A stretch of 64,000 bases of DNA from Schizochytrium sp. TIO01 (lineage: Eukaryota > Protista > Bigyra: Labyrinthulomycetes), in contig SMSO01000004.1 in NCBI GenBank assembly GCA_004764695.1, positions 1,488,001 through 1,552,000 of the forward strand. Reading direction: 5' to 3'. The position numbers and the translations under genes were made by a program. Under the pieces are notes generated by a model that saw nothing but the letters and a program-made list of their open reading frames with translations, did no database searches and had not been told where the DNA came from. Each line of letters starts with the position of its first letter. Within the stretch, counting starts at the first letter, position 1. Shown in pieces: positions 23,283 through 37,452 of this stretch.

Positions 23283-26200
23283 GCATCCATCGCTTGAAAG
23301 AAAAGGTTTTCAAGTCTGAACTAATAGAAAGAAGCCCCCTCTAGGTATCTGCAACAGAGAGAGAGCGAGCAGAGCTTCGAAGACCAAGAAGAATACAGGA
23401 AAGCCCCTACTTATTTCTTTCATACCCTAGGCTTTCCTGGCAAGTCTGCGAAAAGATCAGAAGAAGTTCAACTCCAAGTCTTGCCAAAAGAAAGTTCTTT
23501 CTTGTTGCTGCTGGTAGCTGGAGGGATAAAAAAAAGAAAGTATTGTTTTGTTGCATGCTGTAGTTTAATCCAGCAATGAAGAACAACAGGGAACGCTTGC
23601 TTGCTATGATGGTTCTAAGAAGAAGCCTAGCTGGGCGGACTACAACATGCTCTTTCTTTCTGTTTAATTTGGACAGATATACCTCCTAATGTGCACCAGT
23701 AATTATAGCATGGATGAAGGGCTTTGGGTCTCCTATGTTTAACAGTAGCAAGGGGGTAGGCGGTGCTGAGATCTGAACCCGTCGTGTGGTTTTACACGTG
23801 GTCCTGTAGGCACATTTGAACTCCAGCTTATTCTTCAATTCCCCGATTCCCCAATTTAAACAAACCTGTCTAAGGCACTGAGTGTTCTTGAGCGAAGATT
23901 AGAACGCTGATGTTGATTTTTAGAGGCCATAATTGCCTTTTCCAAGGTCATTGAAATGCATTTTGCAGCCGTGGAGTTTTGTTTTTGTTATTTTGTTATT
24001 TTGTTTTATTTTTGTTTTTGTTTTTTGTGTGTATGTGTTTTCGCGCATCGATTGATTGGGAGGTTGTCTGATTGATCAGATCAGCGCAGAGCATGTTGCA
24101 GTGATCATGTTGAAGATGCAGAGGTCTCTTTTCAAGGGGAACAAGAAGAACGACGAGTTACTAAGTAGTACGCAGGGAGGCAATTCAAATTTTCTTGAAA
24201 CCCACAGGCTGTTCAGGTCTGCGAAGAATCCGTTTTCGAGAGCAGTCTCACTTATTATCTTGAGCTTCTGCTCTTCTCCGCGAGGCACGCAGCACCGCGT
24301 CCCTGCGGACTTCAAACAACGTTCCACCAGAGGAGCGCGAGGGTCGTTTCAATACGCAACGTTATGTTATCCCATCCATCCATCCATCCATCCATCCATC
24401 TATTCGCAGCGATAGATTACTCGAGGATTTCGAAATCGATGATGGTCATGTCCAAAGCAAGGAATCAAATCAGACAGAGAACCGGCGGCGTCGAGAGCCT
24501 CGGCCGAGTGCTGCTGCTGCGCTGCGTTTGCTCTTCTTTCGAACGCGAGCGAGCGGCCAGGGATAGCCCTCAGCAGCGATCAGTAACCCTCCTGGAGTGG
24601 GCTTGCTTTGACTACCTCCTCGAAGGGGTTCCTGACCACCGCAGAGCTGGACGAGGATACGGTTGTGGATACGGTTGTTCGCCTCGGGTTCACTCCTTGT
24701 GAGGTTCTGAGGCGTCGCTACGGCCGCCGCCAGTTCAAGAACGGCGAGGAGGAGGAGAGCGCGGTGGACGAGGGCGGCAATTCGGGAATCCCTCTGCCAC
24801 GCCCGGCGAGCTGATTTGGTCTCCTCGATTCTGGGGCCTGCGTTCGAGCGAGTGGGACGCTCAGCCTCCCAGGGGCTGGTCGTGGTGCTTCTCCGTCGAA
24901 GAAGATGCACAGGCAGTCAGGCAGACCCCTGCGTGCGAGTGGAGCGGAGCAGGAATGAATCGCCGTGTGCTGTGCCGCGGCCTCGCTGTCCCTGGCGCCA
25001 GGCGTATTGGGGTTCTTGGCCGCCCAGGATTCACGTCGAAGTCGATCTCCAAAGATCCCACGAGCCCTGAGGAACATACATGGATAGATTAGCTGACGAC
25101 GGCCAAGGTCGAAGTTTTGCTTGCTTCTTCGGGTCTGATGGCAGCCTCGCACACGCGTGGGCTCTCGGAGGCAGCGAGGGCCTTGCGAGTCTTGAGAGCG
25201 AACTCCCACTTCGTGACAGCCGCGTGTGGAGCTGCGTTTCTTGCTCGAGGTTCTTGTGAGATCCGGATTCCGCGCAAGGTTGAGCGAGGAATTCCTGTGC
25301 TCCAATTCCGAATTCCGGCGGCGCCATTGGCCGAAGGAGCACACGCATGCGCCCACCTCCTCCTTGAAGCTGGGCTTGTCGGCACCGGTTGCTTTTGCTT
25401 TCGTCCCGGTGAGCCATCACTCAGGTGGCAGTGCTGGGCGGCCGCGAACGCGTGGCCTCCAGCAGAACAGCAGAAAATGTCAGCACGGGGACAATGGACG
25501 AGGACCCCAAAGCTCGGCGTGCTCTGTCAGCACTTTCTGCGTATGATCCGCATGACATCAGCAGAATGAATCTCGTTTCACCAGCATCTGCCTTTCTTAG
25601 GAGCGCCATCTTCTCGAATTCCACGCCGCTTGTTTGTTTGTTTGTTTGTTTGTTTGATTGCCAATTGGCTTGCTTTGGGCTCGAGGATTCTAAGAGATGA
25701 AGTGGACAAGGGGCTGCTCGACCGCTGGATGTCTGGGACCCGTGAAGGACGCATCACGTCCATCAGGCCAGGCCTCGACCAAGGCAGCTCAGGATCTCGG
25801 GTGCTGCTGCTACTGCTGCTGTTACTGTTGTTGCTGCTGATGATGGTAGTGATCTAGGCTCGACATCCCTCAGGTGCAAAGGGGGTTCGGCGGCCTGTAT
25901 CGATGAAGTTCATTCATCTCTTGAAAGCGAGCAAGCAAGCGAGCCAAGCCGATCAACCGCGCCTCAAGTTCTCTTGTTTGCTGTTGAAGAATGTATCTTA
26001 TTCGGAGAAGAGGGTGCCAGTACATTTAATATTGACGGGTTTTCGTTTGCCTGAACGTCATCGTTTCCACATGGGCTACTTTCTCACTCATCAAGTCGTT
26101 GTATCCGAGGCGATTGCTTTGGTTGATCGTGAGAAAGAAACGATTTTTGGAGGCAGAATTTCGAAGAAGTGAACATCCGCGTTTTCCTCTTGCCTTCTTC

Positions 26201-27124
26201 TCAATAGAGAGAGCTTTGAAAAGAAAAATTATTGTGAGAAGCTCCTGTCCTTCCCCCAAATAATTTTGACGTCAGCAAATTAGGCATCGTACAGTGCTGT
26301 GGTATAGTAGACAGACGCAAAAATCGCCCCGAGGTGGTGTGAAACAGTGTTTTGGGCACGAGTGGAACTAGCTTAGTTGAAATTATTCTTCAAAAAACGA
26401 GAAAGCAAGAAATGATAAATCTGAAAACAATACGAAACAGTGTGGAGGTCTCATCTCATCATTTCTAACTTGAAGGTTTTATCATTATCATTAGTTTTAC
26501 TGTTAAAAAATTTCACAAAAGAACTATGTTATTAATATGATTTGATTTGAATTGATTAAATTTTTATAATTTAAAAAGAAAACAAAGAAAACAAAGAGTA
26601 TCTACTATTACTACAGGCAGCAGAGATGGACAGTCATTGAATAGGTCAGTCAATGAGCCGCTGCATACTAAAAGCACCTATCGTAACATAGATGAAGTTG
26701 ATAAGTTGTGCTTAAGACTGAGTCATACTCACTAGGTGTCCATTTCCCGCTTCTTCGCCAACCTATGAAGGCTTTTCTATAATAACTTTACAAAAGAAAA
26801 ACATTTTTACTGCTACGAATACCAAACAGACCTCATCATTATTTTGTTCGACTCGACATAACGTGTCTCTCCGGGAGAGATGTGGTAAGTAATAAGTAAG
26901 TGAGTGCCTGGTGCTACTTTCCTCTAAAATTAAAAAACTAAAGTTAAAAAAAATCAATATTTTAAAATCCACTACAAGATAGCTACCGCTTATTACTTTG
27001 TTCGTTTGTGGGGACTAGTTCTCTCATGGGCCGCCAATTCGCGACCCGCGAAAAGCGCCTTTACTTTCGCCTCAATCGTTCGACTCGTTCCCCGTAATTC
27101 GGTACGTTCTGTTAGATTAATATT

Positions 27125-27229
27125 TATGTATGCATGCATGTATGTATGTATGTATGTATGTATGTATGTATGTATGTATGTATGTATGTATGTATGTATG
27201 TATGTATGTATGTATGTATGTATGTATGT
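27125..27229. repeat. (TATG)n microsatellite
   Basis: More than 20 near-perfect tandem TATG units. Confidence 0.97.
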
Positions 27230-29211
27230 CACCAGTAGGGAACGCTAACCTTAGCGACCTATCGCAGCGAAAGATAGAGTCAGAGGAAGAACTCATGTCA
27301 CTCCACCAACTAATCGTGAATTTATCCAATTTTGTTTTCACTGTGAATCATCATAGTAGGAGGGAGGCGCTTTGATCGATCAAAGAAACGGCGATAGCAG
27401 ACGATAAATGATGTGTGCGTGCACTGGGAGGAGCCAAGGTGTCCGTGTGTATTCGTTCATGCGTCAATTTATTTACCGGAAGACCTCGTTCGTCAGCGCT
27501 CTCGATGTTTTGGTTTTGGCCAGTATATCGTATTATTAATCTTGATAAAAATGGAGTTGGAAAACGAAGGATTCCTTGTCGCGCGTTTGGGAAGCGCTCC
27601 TCCGAAATCTATTCCTTTTCGGGGTTGGCATTCGATGGCCGATGACTTCCTTTCCTTCTTCTTCGTTCGAAACTGACTGCGCTGGAGAAGGCCAAACCGA
27701 ACATCGTGATCGATTGTTCGGAATATCGAAGCGGAATGCAAGCAAGTCTCATGTTTTAAAAGAGACCTTGGTGAGTTGTGGATGTTTATGATAGAGTGGA
27801 TACGGGAGAGATCCAGATTCTGAAGATGCATGGGATAATTAGGTTTCTCACGAACGAACGCAGAGGGTCAACAGCTCAACTTAATTAGTGAGGCCAAACG
27901 TTCAATTAAACTTCCTCGCTGCAGGAACCTTGAAATGAACCAACCAAGTCGTTCTGTCTGAAGACTCCTGAAGACTCAGCTCACGGAAGCCGTCTCGGGC
28001 CGCCAGATCATGGACAAGAAACTCCATGTATCTCTTGATTCCTGCACCTTTTGGAGCGCCAGTCGGCTATTCGCGTCTCGCGGCCTGCAGGAACTGAGGG
28101 CGCCGCGAAGCCCAGTGCCACTGTGAACAATCAACGTACTAGACGAAGCGCCTAGCAGTGGTAGTAGGGTACATATTCATTAAACATAATTAAATGTTTT
28201 TTTAACTATATGCATAGAATAGACATTGTCATTATCTTTATTCGTTTTGAAACCTCTTTATTATTTTAAAAAGGTTTCTTAAAATGTTGAAAGGCAAAAC
28301 TTTCTTAAATTAGTATATCCTTACAATAAATGATTAAAACGTTTAAACTTTTAAGACTAAAGATGTCTCTTCAAAAAAGGCATACGTGTTTAGTCTTTTT
28401 AAAATTGATTTTATAAAATAGAGGGAATTAAATTCGTAAGTGTTTTCGTTTCATTGAAAACGAACCTTTTCTGTTTTGAATAACTATGTCCTTTTCTGTC
28501 TTAAAGTTTTTTGTTTTTCTCCTTTTAAAGGGAGAACGAAACCCCGAGCGTGACTTTAAAATAAAAGAAACGTAAAAGAAATATAATTAAATTAAAAAAC
28601 TAAAATAAGATATATATTTTAAAAAAAAAAGTTGCTGAAAGAGCAAAAGAAGCAAGAGATAAAGATAGTTGGGATAGTGAGTTTTGAATCCACAAGTTCG
28701 TCTGATTCCTCAAGAAACCAGGCAAACATTGGAGGTCTCTGCCGCTTCATCGCCGCCGCTCCAAGCAAGCTCGCGAGGCAGGCAGCAGGAGCAAGCACCA
28801 CGCGAAAGCAAGCTAAGAGCACGCCAAAAGCCCGCACGTCTCCAAGCCTCTTGGCCACAGGCAAGCAAGCAAGCAAGCAAGCCTTGGTTGGCTCTTCGGC
28901 TGCCTACGCGCCTCTGTAAAGAAATGGGGATCAGTGTCCACTGAATCATTGAGGAACTCAGGTTGTCACAAGAGATTCTCGCCTCCTCGCGACCAGGACA
29001 GGCACAGCTTGGGCGACCACGGCTGCAGCTGCTGCTGCTGCTGCTGCTGCTGCTTAGCTCTGATGCCGCCTGGCAGGAAGACATGCCGGCCACTCTGGCG
29101 GTCGGTGTCTTCGATGCAGAACCTGCTCGAAGTTGTGGATTTAGCGCAAGCTTTGGATGATGGATGAAATAATTCAAACACGCACTATGGTGAATAAGAG
29201 GAAGAACGCCA

Positions 29212-29288
29212 GAAGTTTGAATTTTTTTTGGCAAAGTTTGAATTTCTTGGCAAAGTCTGAATTTCTTGGCAAAGTTTGAATTTCTTGG
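29212..29288. repeat. 19-bp tandem repeat AAAGTTTGAATTTCTTGGC, about 4 copies
   Basis: Copies start at 29233, 29252 and 29271, with a degenerate copy at 29212. Confidence 0.9.
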
Positions 29289-31394
29289 GTTTAGACCTCT
29301 TCTGGCGACGAAGAGGCGAATAGAGCAAATCGGGATCGTCGAGCTTCGAAGGGAGGTCTGCGAAGGAGCCAAGCAGGGGCTGAGGACATGGGTTAAACGC
29401 CGCGTGGGAGGGCCGTGGCGTGTGCGATCAGAGCAGAGAACCCCGCGAACATCTCGGCGCCCAAAGACTCGGCGCGATGAATATATTTATGTATCGTTTT
29501 ATATATATATATTTATTTATTTACACCCATGCTTTGCAGAACCTCAAAGGAAACAATTTGATGCATACTTGTGTTAAATCTTCATGACATTTCTTGGATT
29601 CCTGCTCGAAAGAGACGCAAGAAATGGCTCTGACTCGCTTGTGGAAAAAGTTCGCCAGCATTAGAAGATACGTCAGCGTCGTCATCATCACTTCAGTGGG
29701 GAGTCACGATCCCTAAAGTATGCAATAACTTTCGCACCGATCAAGCGAGATCCTTTGCGAGCCGAGTTTGCGAAGACCTCCAATGGTTTTCGAATACACC
29801 TCATTCATAGTCATTCCCTGCAGCGACAACCTACACCACTGTTCCCCTTGTGTTTAGAAGCAATATGCTTTGCGCCATATTTCTTTGCGCCTGCGCAGCT
29901 TGGTGCATAAGCATGGTGGTATAAAGAGAGGTTTCAAAATAGTCGCTTTGAAGTCCTGACTTTCAACTTCAGCACTCTCATACACCAGCAGCTGTTTCGC
30001 AGCATATAAGCTCTACCCATTCATTCTCCCATCTTCCGTGCGTCTCGATTTGAGCGGCCAAACAGACATCCTGAAGAACCAGATTTGTCTAAAACTATGC
30101 AGAAAGGGCAAAAACAGGGAAAAGCAGAAATGCACAGCGTTTTAATTCCCATAAATCTCCACGGGAACCCAACCCAATCCAATTTAAACTCAGACTTTCA
30201 ACACTGCTCGGCTCGAGCCAAAATCGATCTCATTCATTCGCGTCCTCAAGTTGCTTCAGAATCTAAACTTAGACTCCAACTCCATGTCGAGTGAACTTGA
30301 AACCAGACCTCCACGACGCCGCTGTCTTCCGTCATCATGGGACGCGGCTAAGGCGTCCCCACTGCCTTAGCTGTGGAAATCTGCGAAGTTCGCGAGAACC
30401 CAGGTTGCAGTAGATACAGTATGGGGAAAACAAGCCTCAGGCCGATAGGCGTTTTCAGGTTCTTCGAATACTAAGGTATATTTTGGACTGTTGTATGGAA
30501 GTGCTGTTGCTGCTGGATATATAGGCGCTCCGAGTTTGTGGTGGAATTGATTGATTGATTGATTGATTGATTCATTCATTCATTGATCGATCGACCAATG
30601 GAGGATGCTTTGGGTTCGTAAGTTCTGTTTCTGTGATTCGTGAGGTTGCCTATGTAAATGAAACCTGCGTGGGCTCAAGGATCGCTGGCTCCGAGGCTGG
30701 TAAAGGGGGGAGACCTGGTCTCTATGGTGGGAGGGGACTTGATGATGTAGATACATCAGAAAGATGCTCCACCGCGGTGACGACGCGGCCGAAGGTGTGG
30801 ATCACATCATACGATAGCTTTGTTGCAAGTAGTACATGTTCTAGCTAGCACAATCGTGGTCATTCCGGCGCATTTCCCTCTTCAATTGTTATTATTATCT
30901 ATTTATTCTATAGTAAAGTATATGTAGATAAATGATTGATTAAAGGTCATATTTTATTTGTTTTTATTTAAAGTACATTTATTTATACATTCATTTTTCA
31001 TTCTTTTTTAAAATGAGAAAACGTCCTGACTAATATAAAAATAAAATAAAGACGTTTTGTTTTACAATTTACAACTCTCGAGAGTCGGGTGAATCTGGAG
31101 ACGCCCTCCTTGTTTTCGTCCATTTGGCCGCGGGCTCTCGCAACAGCTCCAATGCCTAGCTCCTCTTGCATCGCCGTCGAGCCCGAGATCCTTCCGAGAG
31201 TCTGCAAGCAAGTAAGCACGAGCCTGAGTGAGTGAGTATCAACACACTCTCGTAGCACACGCGAACTCCCGAAATCAGCCTTTGTCTTTCAGGCAAAAGT
31301 GTGCTCCTTAGCAGCTGCTGCTATGTATCTAGCTAGAGACTACCTACTTTCTATGCACCGTGTCTCTCTCTGGTCACGATGAGGTACCCGGATT

Positions 31395-31469
31395 AATGAA
31401 TGAATGAATGAATGAATGATTGAATGAATGAATGAATGAATGAATGAATGAATAAATGGATGGATGGAT
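31395..31469. repeat. (GAAT)n/(GGAT)n microsatellite
   Basis: Directly visible. Confidence 0.95.
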
Positions 31470-32356
31470 CTATTCATTGATCAGGCGGTTGGTTGGTGGT
31501 TGGTTGATCCCTCACGGTTCTCCCATCAAAAGTCGAAGCAATTTCCGCCGTTGGCAAAGTACGCGAGGACGATTTGATTTCTCCAAAGGGCTGGGATCGC
31601 GAGGAGTCCGATTCGATGTGGCCATTTCCAGCAGGCAAGCAAGCAAGCAAGCAAGCAAGCAAGTAAGCAAACAATCGCTGCCGAGCACACGAAGATAATG
31701 TCCTCCAGGGAAAGAAACCCACGCGTCATAGAGCGGATACTTACTCCTCGAAGAAGGATTCTCCAAGAACTCCAAAATGGCCAATCGGTTTAGCTACCAA
31801 GTTGGAAAGGAAGCGATGATGCCAATACCTAATACCTAAATCAACAAACAGACAAACTTGAACAAACAAACAAACCAACAAACAAACAAACAAACAAATG
31901 AACAAACTTAATTAATAGACAGACTTAATTAATAGACAGACTTACTCAAACAAACTTGCTCAAACAAGCTGAGTCACGAAGTAAGCGCAGCTTTTCAAGG
32001 ACGAAACGAGAAATCACAGATAAAGGACCGAGCTGTGGCTGCGCCTCGTCTCGTCATCGCCGCAATAGAGGCGTCCATCTCTGCTGCTGCGGCCGCTAAC
32101 TAAGGAGAGGTTTGCTGGGTAGCCAGCCAGCTAGTTCGCGCTCGTGCTGCTCCGTAGGATGAACAAGACGGGCCATGGCTGGCGCTGTGATGGAGCGAAG
32201 CACCAACCTAGGAAAGCCAAGTGTTCGAGAGGCTTCGCGAGCGAAAACTGCGAAAACCGGCCAGTCGGGATATCGCTCTATCTCCCGAATCTAGGGACCT
32301 CATGCCTAGGAGGCGCTACCTGGGTACTAGGAGGCCTGGCAATTTCTTTTTAACTT

Positions 32357-32357
32357 A

Positions 32358-32397
<40 letters not shown>

Positions 32398-32420
32398 AAA
32401 AGAAAGAAAGAAAGAAAGAG
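32357..32420. repeat. (AAAG)n microsatellite
   Basis: Directly visible. Confidence 0.95.
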
Positions 32421-34080
32421 AAAGGTTTTCATAGTACAAAGAGCAGTCGGCTCTGTCTGTAGATTTTATACAATTCCTTCTCTCGCTCATATTCTCTTCA
32501 TGGCTTGATTTAGAGTACCTATAGGCAAAACTCTTAGTGGTGCTGTTAGTAGTCGCTTGATCAGAGATGGAGTTGCTTTCCATCAGTATTCATATTGTTA
32601 GAGTTTTCCTAAAACCATTTTTAAATATTGAAAAGACTATTCACAAGTCAAGAAATAAAAATCACTCTACTGTTTCGAAAACACCGGGGCCGTGTTATTT
32701 ACTTAAACATTTCCATAAATGCTGCTCAAAAGGCAGTGTTATGCACAGGTCTTCTCTCGTGCTTTCGGTCCCAGAGATGCTAAGATGCGCCACCTTCCAT
32801 GCTGTCCAATGCAGGGGTCAACAGATTCAATCATGATGGAATAAAACGCTCCTGCATTTCTCTTCTTTGGAATCTTTATATCTTGAAAACTAAATAACAT
32901 GATATAAAATGCTTTTCGTCATATTAAATAAACAAAACAAAAATGTTTCTTTCTTTTCTTTTTTTTAAATAAAAAAATGAAATGAAAATTTCAAGAAATA
33001 TATAATCTAGAAAATCATGATTATCTATTTATTTATAAACCTTCGGCTCGACAAGTGTTTCGTCTGTCTTGTCTCTCCTGGAAGATGTAGGAGGAAGGTC
33101 GGCGCTAACTTCCGCGAAGATGCTCAAGACTGGGCCGCTTTCCGCAAAAAAGGATTCAGGCGGATATAAATGAATACAGAAGCCGTCTTTGCAAAAAGAC
33201 CTCTTCTCCTTGTCCTTTCTGCCTCTTCCCAGAGGTCCCCAGCTTTCTTAGTCTTCTTTCTCCATTTCTATCTATATTTTCTTTTTTTTCTTTCTTTCTT
33301 TCTTTCTTTCTTTTGTGGAGCAAACGAACCTCTGCTTAAACCGGCCTCTTTTCGGAAACTCGCACCTCCCTGAGAGCAAAATGAGCAGCGATTGTTTATA
33401 GTTTGGGTCACTCACTTGAAAACAGGGACCTACGTGAGCACGGAGGTACTAGTTACTTTTTTATTTTTTATTTTTTAAAGTTTAGTTTAGTTCACTGGTG
33501 AGTTAGTTAGTTAGTTAGTTGGTTAGTTAGTTAGTTATGTTGGGTTTTGAAAGTACAAATATGCATCATAATTCCTCGAAAGATCATGAGAGAACCGCAG
33601 ACTTTAAAGATGCAGGGTATCATGAACTTCACCAATGTAGCTCCTTGGCGCGAATGCCTGCAGAATAAGCACACGCGCTGCATTTTCATGCGTAAAGGCG
33701 ATCGCTGTTCAAGTAAGTTCAAGCTTTGGAAGGTTTTCTCCTCAGCTAGGTTTTTCCAAGGAGCTAAGCTTTGAAAGAACTTGAAGGAAGGAAGGAAGGA
33801 AGGAGGGAAGGAAGGAAGGATGACTGAAGTTTGTCGGTCTGTCTGTTTGTCTGTCTGTCTGTCAGTCTGTTTGTTTGTTGCCTTTCTTTGACTGTTTCCA
33901 AATTTGCAGATTTCTTTCCAGGATGACGCTGTCTTTTCTTTCTTCGAGCGAGGATGAATAACGTGGGCGTTCCGGCTTTCAAGCCGCCGATTCATCTTTG
34001 GGTCCTGATCTGATGCAGACTCGGCGAGTGAGTTCGTGCAGAGGGATTTGCATTTGTCCTCACAAGGTCAGTAGCTCCTG

Positions 34081-34299
34081 GCTGAGTCATGAACAGGGGC
34101 TGCTGACATCATCATCATCACCACCATTAACGTCAGCAAACAAATAAAAAATAGTTGTCTTGAGCAGGAATTGGCAACTTAGAAGTCATCTACCTTAGCT
34201 AGGCATTAGATATTAGATACTATAATCTTTTCGATTCGGTCAATGACTCGTCAGCAAGAACTTTTGCTTTAAAATATATATTTTTATTTTACGTCAGCA
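34081..34299. promoter_or_regulatory. Dense homotypic cluster of five GCTGA/TCAGCA bZIP-type sites
   Basis: GCTGAGTCA 34081, TGCTGACATCA 34101, ACGTCAGCA 34130, TCGTCAGCA 34248, ACGTCAGCA 34291. Confidence 0.55.
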
Positions 34300-37175
34300 A
34301 GAAGCAGCCCCGGAAAGGAGCTTCTAAGTTCAATCTTTTTTTCTTTTTTCTTTTCTTAAATTGAGTGATTTGTTTATAAATTCCAAGACCCTTGTTCTTC
34401 TTTTTACAAATGTATTCTAACTAAACAGTGTTTTTTGTTTTAATTAAAAATAGGTCTTATACTAAAATCTCTAACTTTAATTCTCTCAATTAAATAATAA
34501 TAATAATAGTAATAAACGTGAGTACAAGTGTAAGTGTATAGTTGTAATGAGCACTCACTCGGAACGCGAAAACGCTAGCTTGTCAGGAACCTCAAAACTT
34601 TTGTAAAAGCTTGTCAAAAGTCCGTCTTTGCTTGTCGTTTGCCTGTTACAATCGTGGTACCTTGACCGAGTTTGTAGTTTCTTAAAGCTAAATAAATGAA
34701 ATGAAGTAAGCCTGCTGCTTTCTTTGTTAACCCCCTACCTAGGTACTAGGAATTGGGAGCAAAACTTGGAGATTGTTTAGAATTGGGTTCTTACCCACGC
34801 TAAAAGATTGTTTTAGAGCAGCAGTTGTCTCTGTGCAATCGGCGGGAAGATAATCAAGAGAGTCGTCCATAGAATTTAGCTATTTGAGATAACCACTGAC
34901 GAACTGACTGCAGCTTGATTTGAAATCCAAGGAAGCGTGCGCCCCCTTCGAATGGGCCACGCAATGAGGTCAATTCTGTCCTTGTCCCTAACGCTACCGC
35001 TGCTTTACGCTTCAAAATGACCCTGGGTGCCGAGCGGCAGCTGATTTATGTGAAAGTGCTCCTCCTTTAAATAGACCAGGACTCGTAGGAAGGACCAGCC
35101 GGATCAAAACAGTTGAGGGGCATTTATGAAGGATGTGAGTTCTAGCTAGGTCCTTCTCATTTTCTTGTGCAAAACTCTCAATTTGGCTCCTCTGCACGTT
35201 GTCCGAACTGCCATGCGATTATACAGGTATGCTTACGAACCTCATCCCTGAAGATCAATGGCAAATCCCCTTTGGACGGTTCACCACTTGACAAACAACC
35301 ATAGACGCCCTTCCGTGGCTATCCGTCGCTGCTTGCAATTATGTGACCTTTTCTATTGATTTTAAAAATTCTAAAGTTAAAAGACAATGTATCTATCTAT
35401 CTATCTGTTCATTCATTCTCCAAAAGCAACACCACCAGGCATTTGTAGTGAATTACTATGAGCATAATAGTACTCAAAGGGCCCCACCTTCCTTTCCCCG
35501 CATAGCGGCTGACATAAGCTTAGAAAGGACTCTTGAGAGCTCTACCCTAGTATCTATGAAATTCCAGATACGCGCGTGGCAGGTCGCGAGAATTATGCGT
35601 TTCTGAAGCTCGCCCCGCGTAATGTCAACATAAGCAGGACTTATGATTCCTTTTGGAAAGAAAATGAGATCAAGAAATAAAGTTTCATAATTATTATTTA
35701 TGTGAAACATATACTTATATATTTTTTCTCATACAAGACGAATGATTTCGTTCATTATGGTCGCGGAATTGTTATTCTCTCCCTTTCCCCTCACCATCAG
35801 AAGTAGAGTAAAGATGTTTTTGAAACAGACTGCGGTGCTATCACAACATGAATCCTAAATATGGATAGTATGTCTAAAATTAAATCAAAGAAACAATGGC
35901 AATTTGCGCCTAAACATTTTTAATATTTTTAAAGACCATAATTAGCTACATATATATTTGTGGAACACTCGAGTTGATGCTCTTCGCCACTGCATGAGTC
36001 AAGACTCTAATTTTTTCTTCTATTTCTAGGCGCGGCGCTCGCTCGCCGACAACCCACCACGCAGAACTGTAGATCGCCGACAATCAAATCGTTTCGACTA
36101 GTTTAAAGCAATGAAGATACTCTTCGGAATCTTTTTCCTTTCGTTTGGGAGATCATGCAAAAGTAAGCAAGCAAGCTCTTTGAGGAAGGCAGCGCACAGC
36201 TAGCTACTAGCTAGAGCTAATTCTTGGCCTTTCCTTCTTTAGCCTTTCCTTCGGTTCAAACAAACTCCGCAGGTCAAGAAAAGCCAGGTAGGCTGTTTAT
36301 AAATCTTCATTTTATTAATTTATCAATTTGTTTAATTCGTCAACTAAACCCAGCCGCCGCCAAAGCTCGCTCGCTCGCTCGCTCGCTCATTCATTCCCAC
36401 GCAGGAGACTGACTTGCCGGCAGCCGAATGCGCGAGGCCCGAAGTTTGTATCTGCCGCCCGGATCGACTCGTAGATTCGACTTGACTTGACCCGCACTGA
36501 TCATCATGTGACCATGCTGCAGGCCGATTGTCGATTCGATTTTGGAAAGTCCAGGCGATCGTGATGCTGCTGCTGCTGTTGCTGCTGTTGTTGTTGTTAT
36601 TCGCATTGGACGTACCTCCTGTTCCCCTTTTGGAAAGAGATCCATCCGCCTTGGCCAGTCTGATTCTACTCATCGCGAACTGCGAACGAAGGACCCCTTC
36701 TTCTTCTTCTTCTTCTTCTTCAGAGACAGCCTCGCAGTGGCCGCCGCCGCGTCACCGCCGTCATCACCGCCATCTATCTTCGTCTCGCTCCTCAGGAGCC
36801 ACTCCTTCTCTGCTTTGATTCCTGCCCGCCTGCCTGCTGCTTGGCTTTCTGGCTGGTCACTCGGTCTGTCTTTTCAAGGAAGGAAGCAGCGACTGCTGCA
36901 ACGAAAGAAAGAAAGATACGGCGGAGGAGCCTACTTACTGCGAGGATGAAGAATGATGAGAGCGCTGCCGCGGAGAAAAGAGCAGCAGCGCAGGGGCGGC
37001 GAAGAATTCCTCTTGGGCGCGTAGGTGAGTGAGATGGCGATGCGAAGCGACACGAAGGGCCGCAAGAATCTTGAGGTAAGGGATCGTGAAGAAGCGGGGA
37101 AAGGAATGAGTAGGCGAGCTCAAAAGAGTGGGCTCCTTCACAACAGCGGCGTCACCTGCGAAAACTCGTTTTTCG

Positions 37176-37176
<1 letters not shown>

Positions 37177-37222
<46 letters not shown>

Positions 37223-37452
37223 CTGAATGGTTGCTTGATTGATTCATATATTGATTGATTGATTGATTTATTGATTCATTCATTCATTCATTTATTCATT
37301 GATTGATGGATGATTGATTGATTTATTGATTCATTCATTCATTCATTTATTCATTGATTGATGGATTGATGGATTGATGGATTGATGGATTCATTGATTG
37401 ATTGATTGATTGATTGATTGATGGATTCATTCATTCATTCATTCATTCATTG
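37177..37452. repeat. Compound (GATT)n/(CATT)n/(GATG)n microsatellite with internal higher-order duplication
   Basis: Directly visible, about 275 bp. Confidence 0.95.

Noticed and set aside
23750-23830. tRNA-like B-box fragment (GGGTTCAGATCTC on the minus strand)
   Set aside because: No cloverleaf could be built.
29212-29288. CRISPR-like array
   Set aside because: Head-to-tail repeats without spacers, eukaryotic context, no cas genes.
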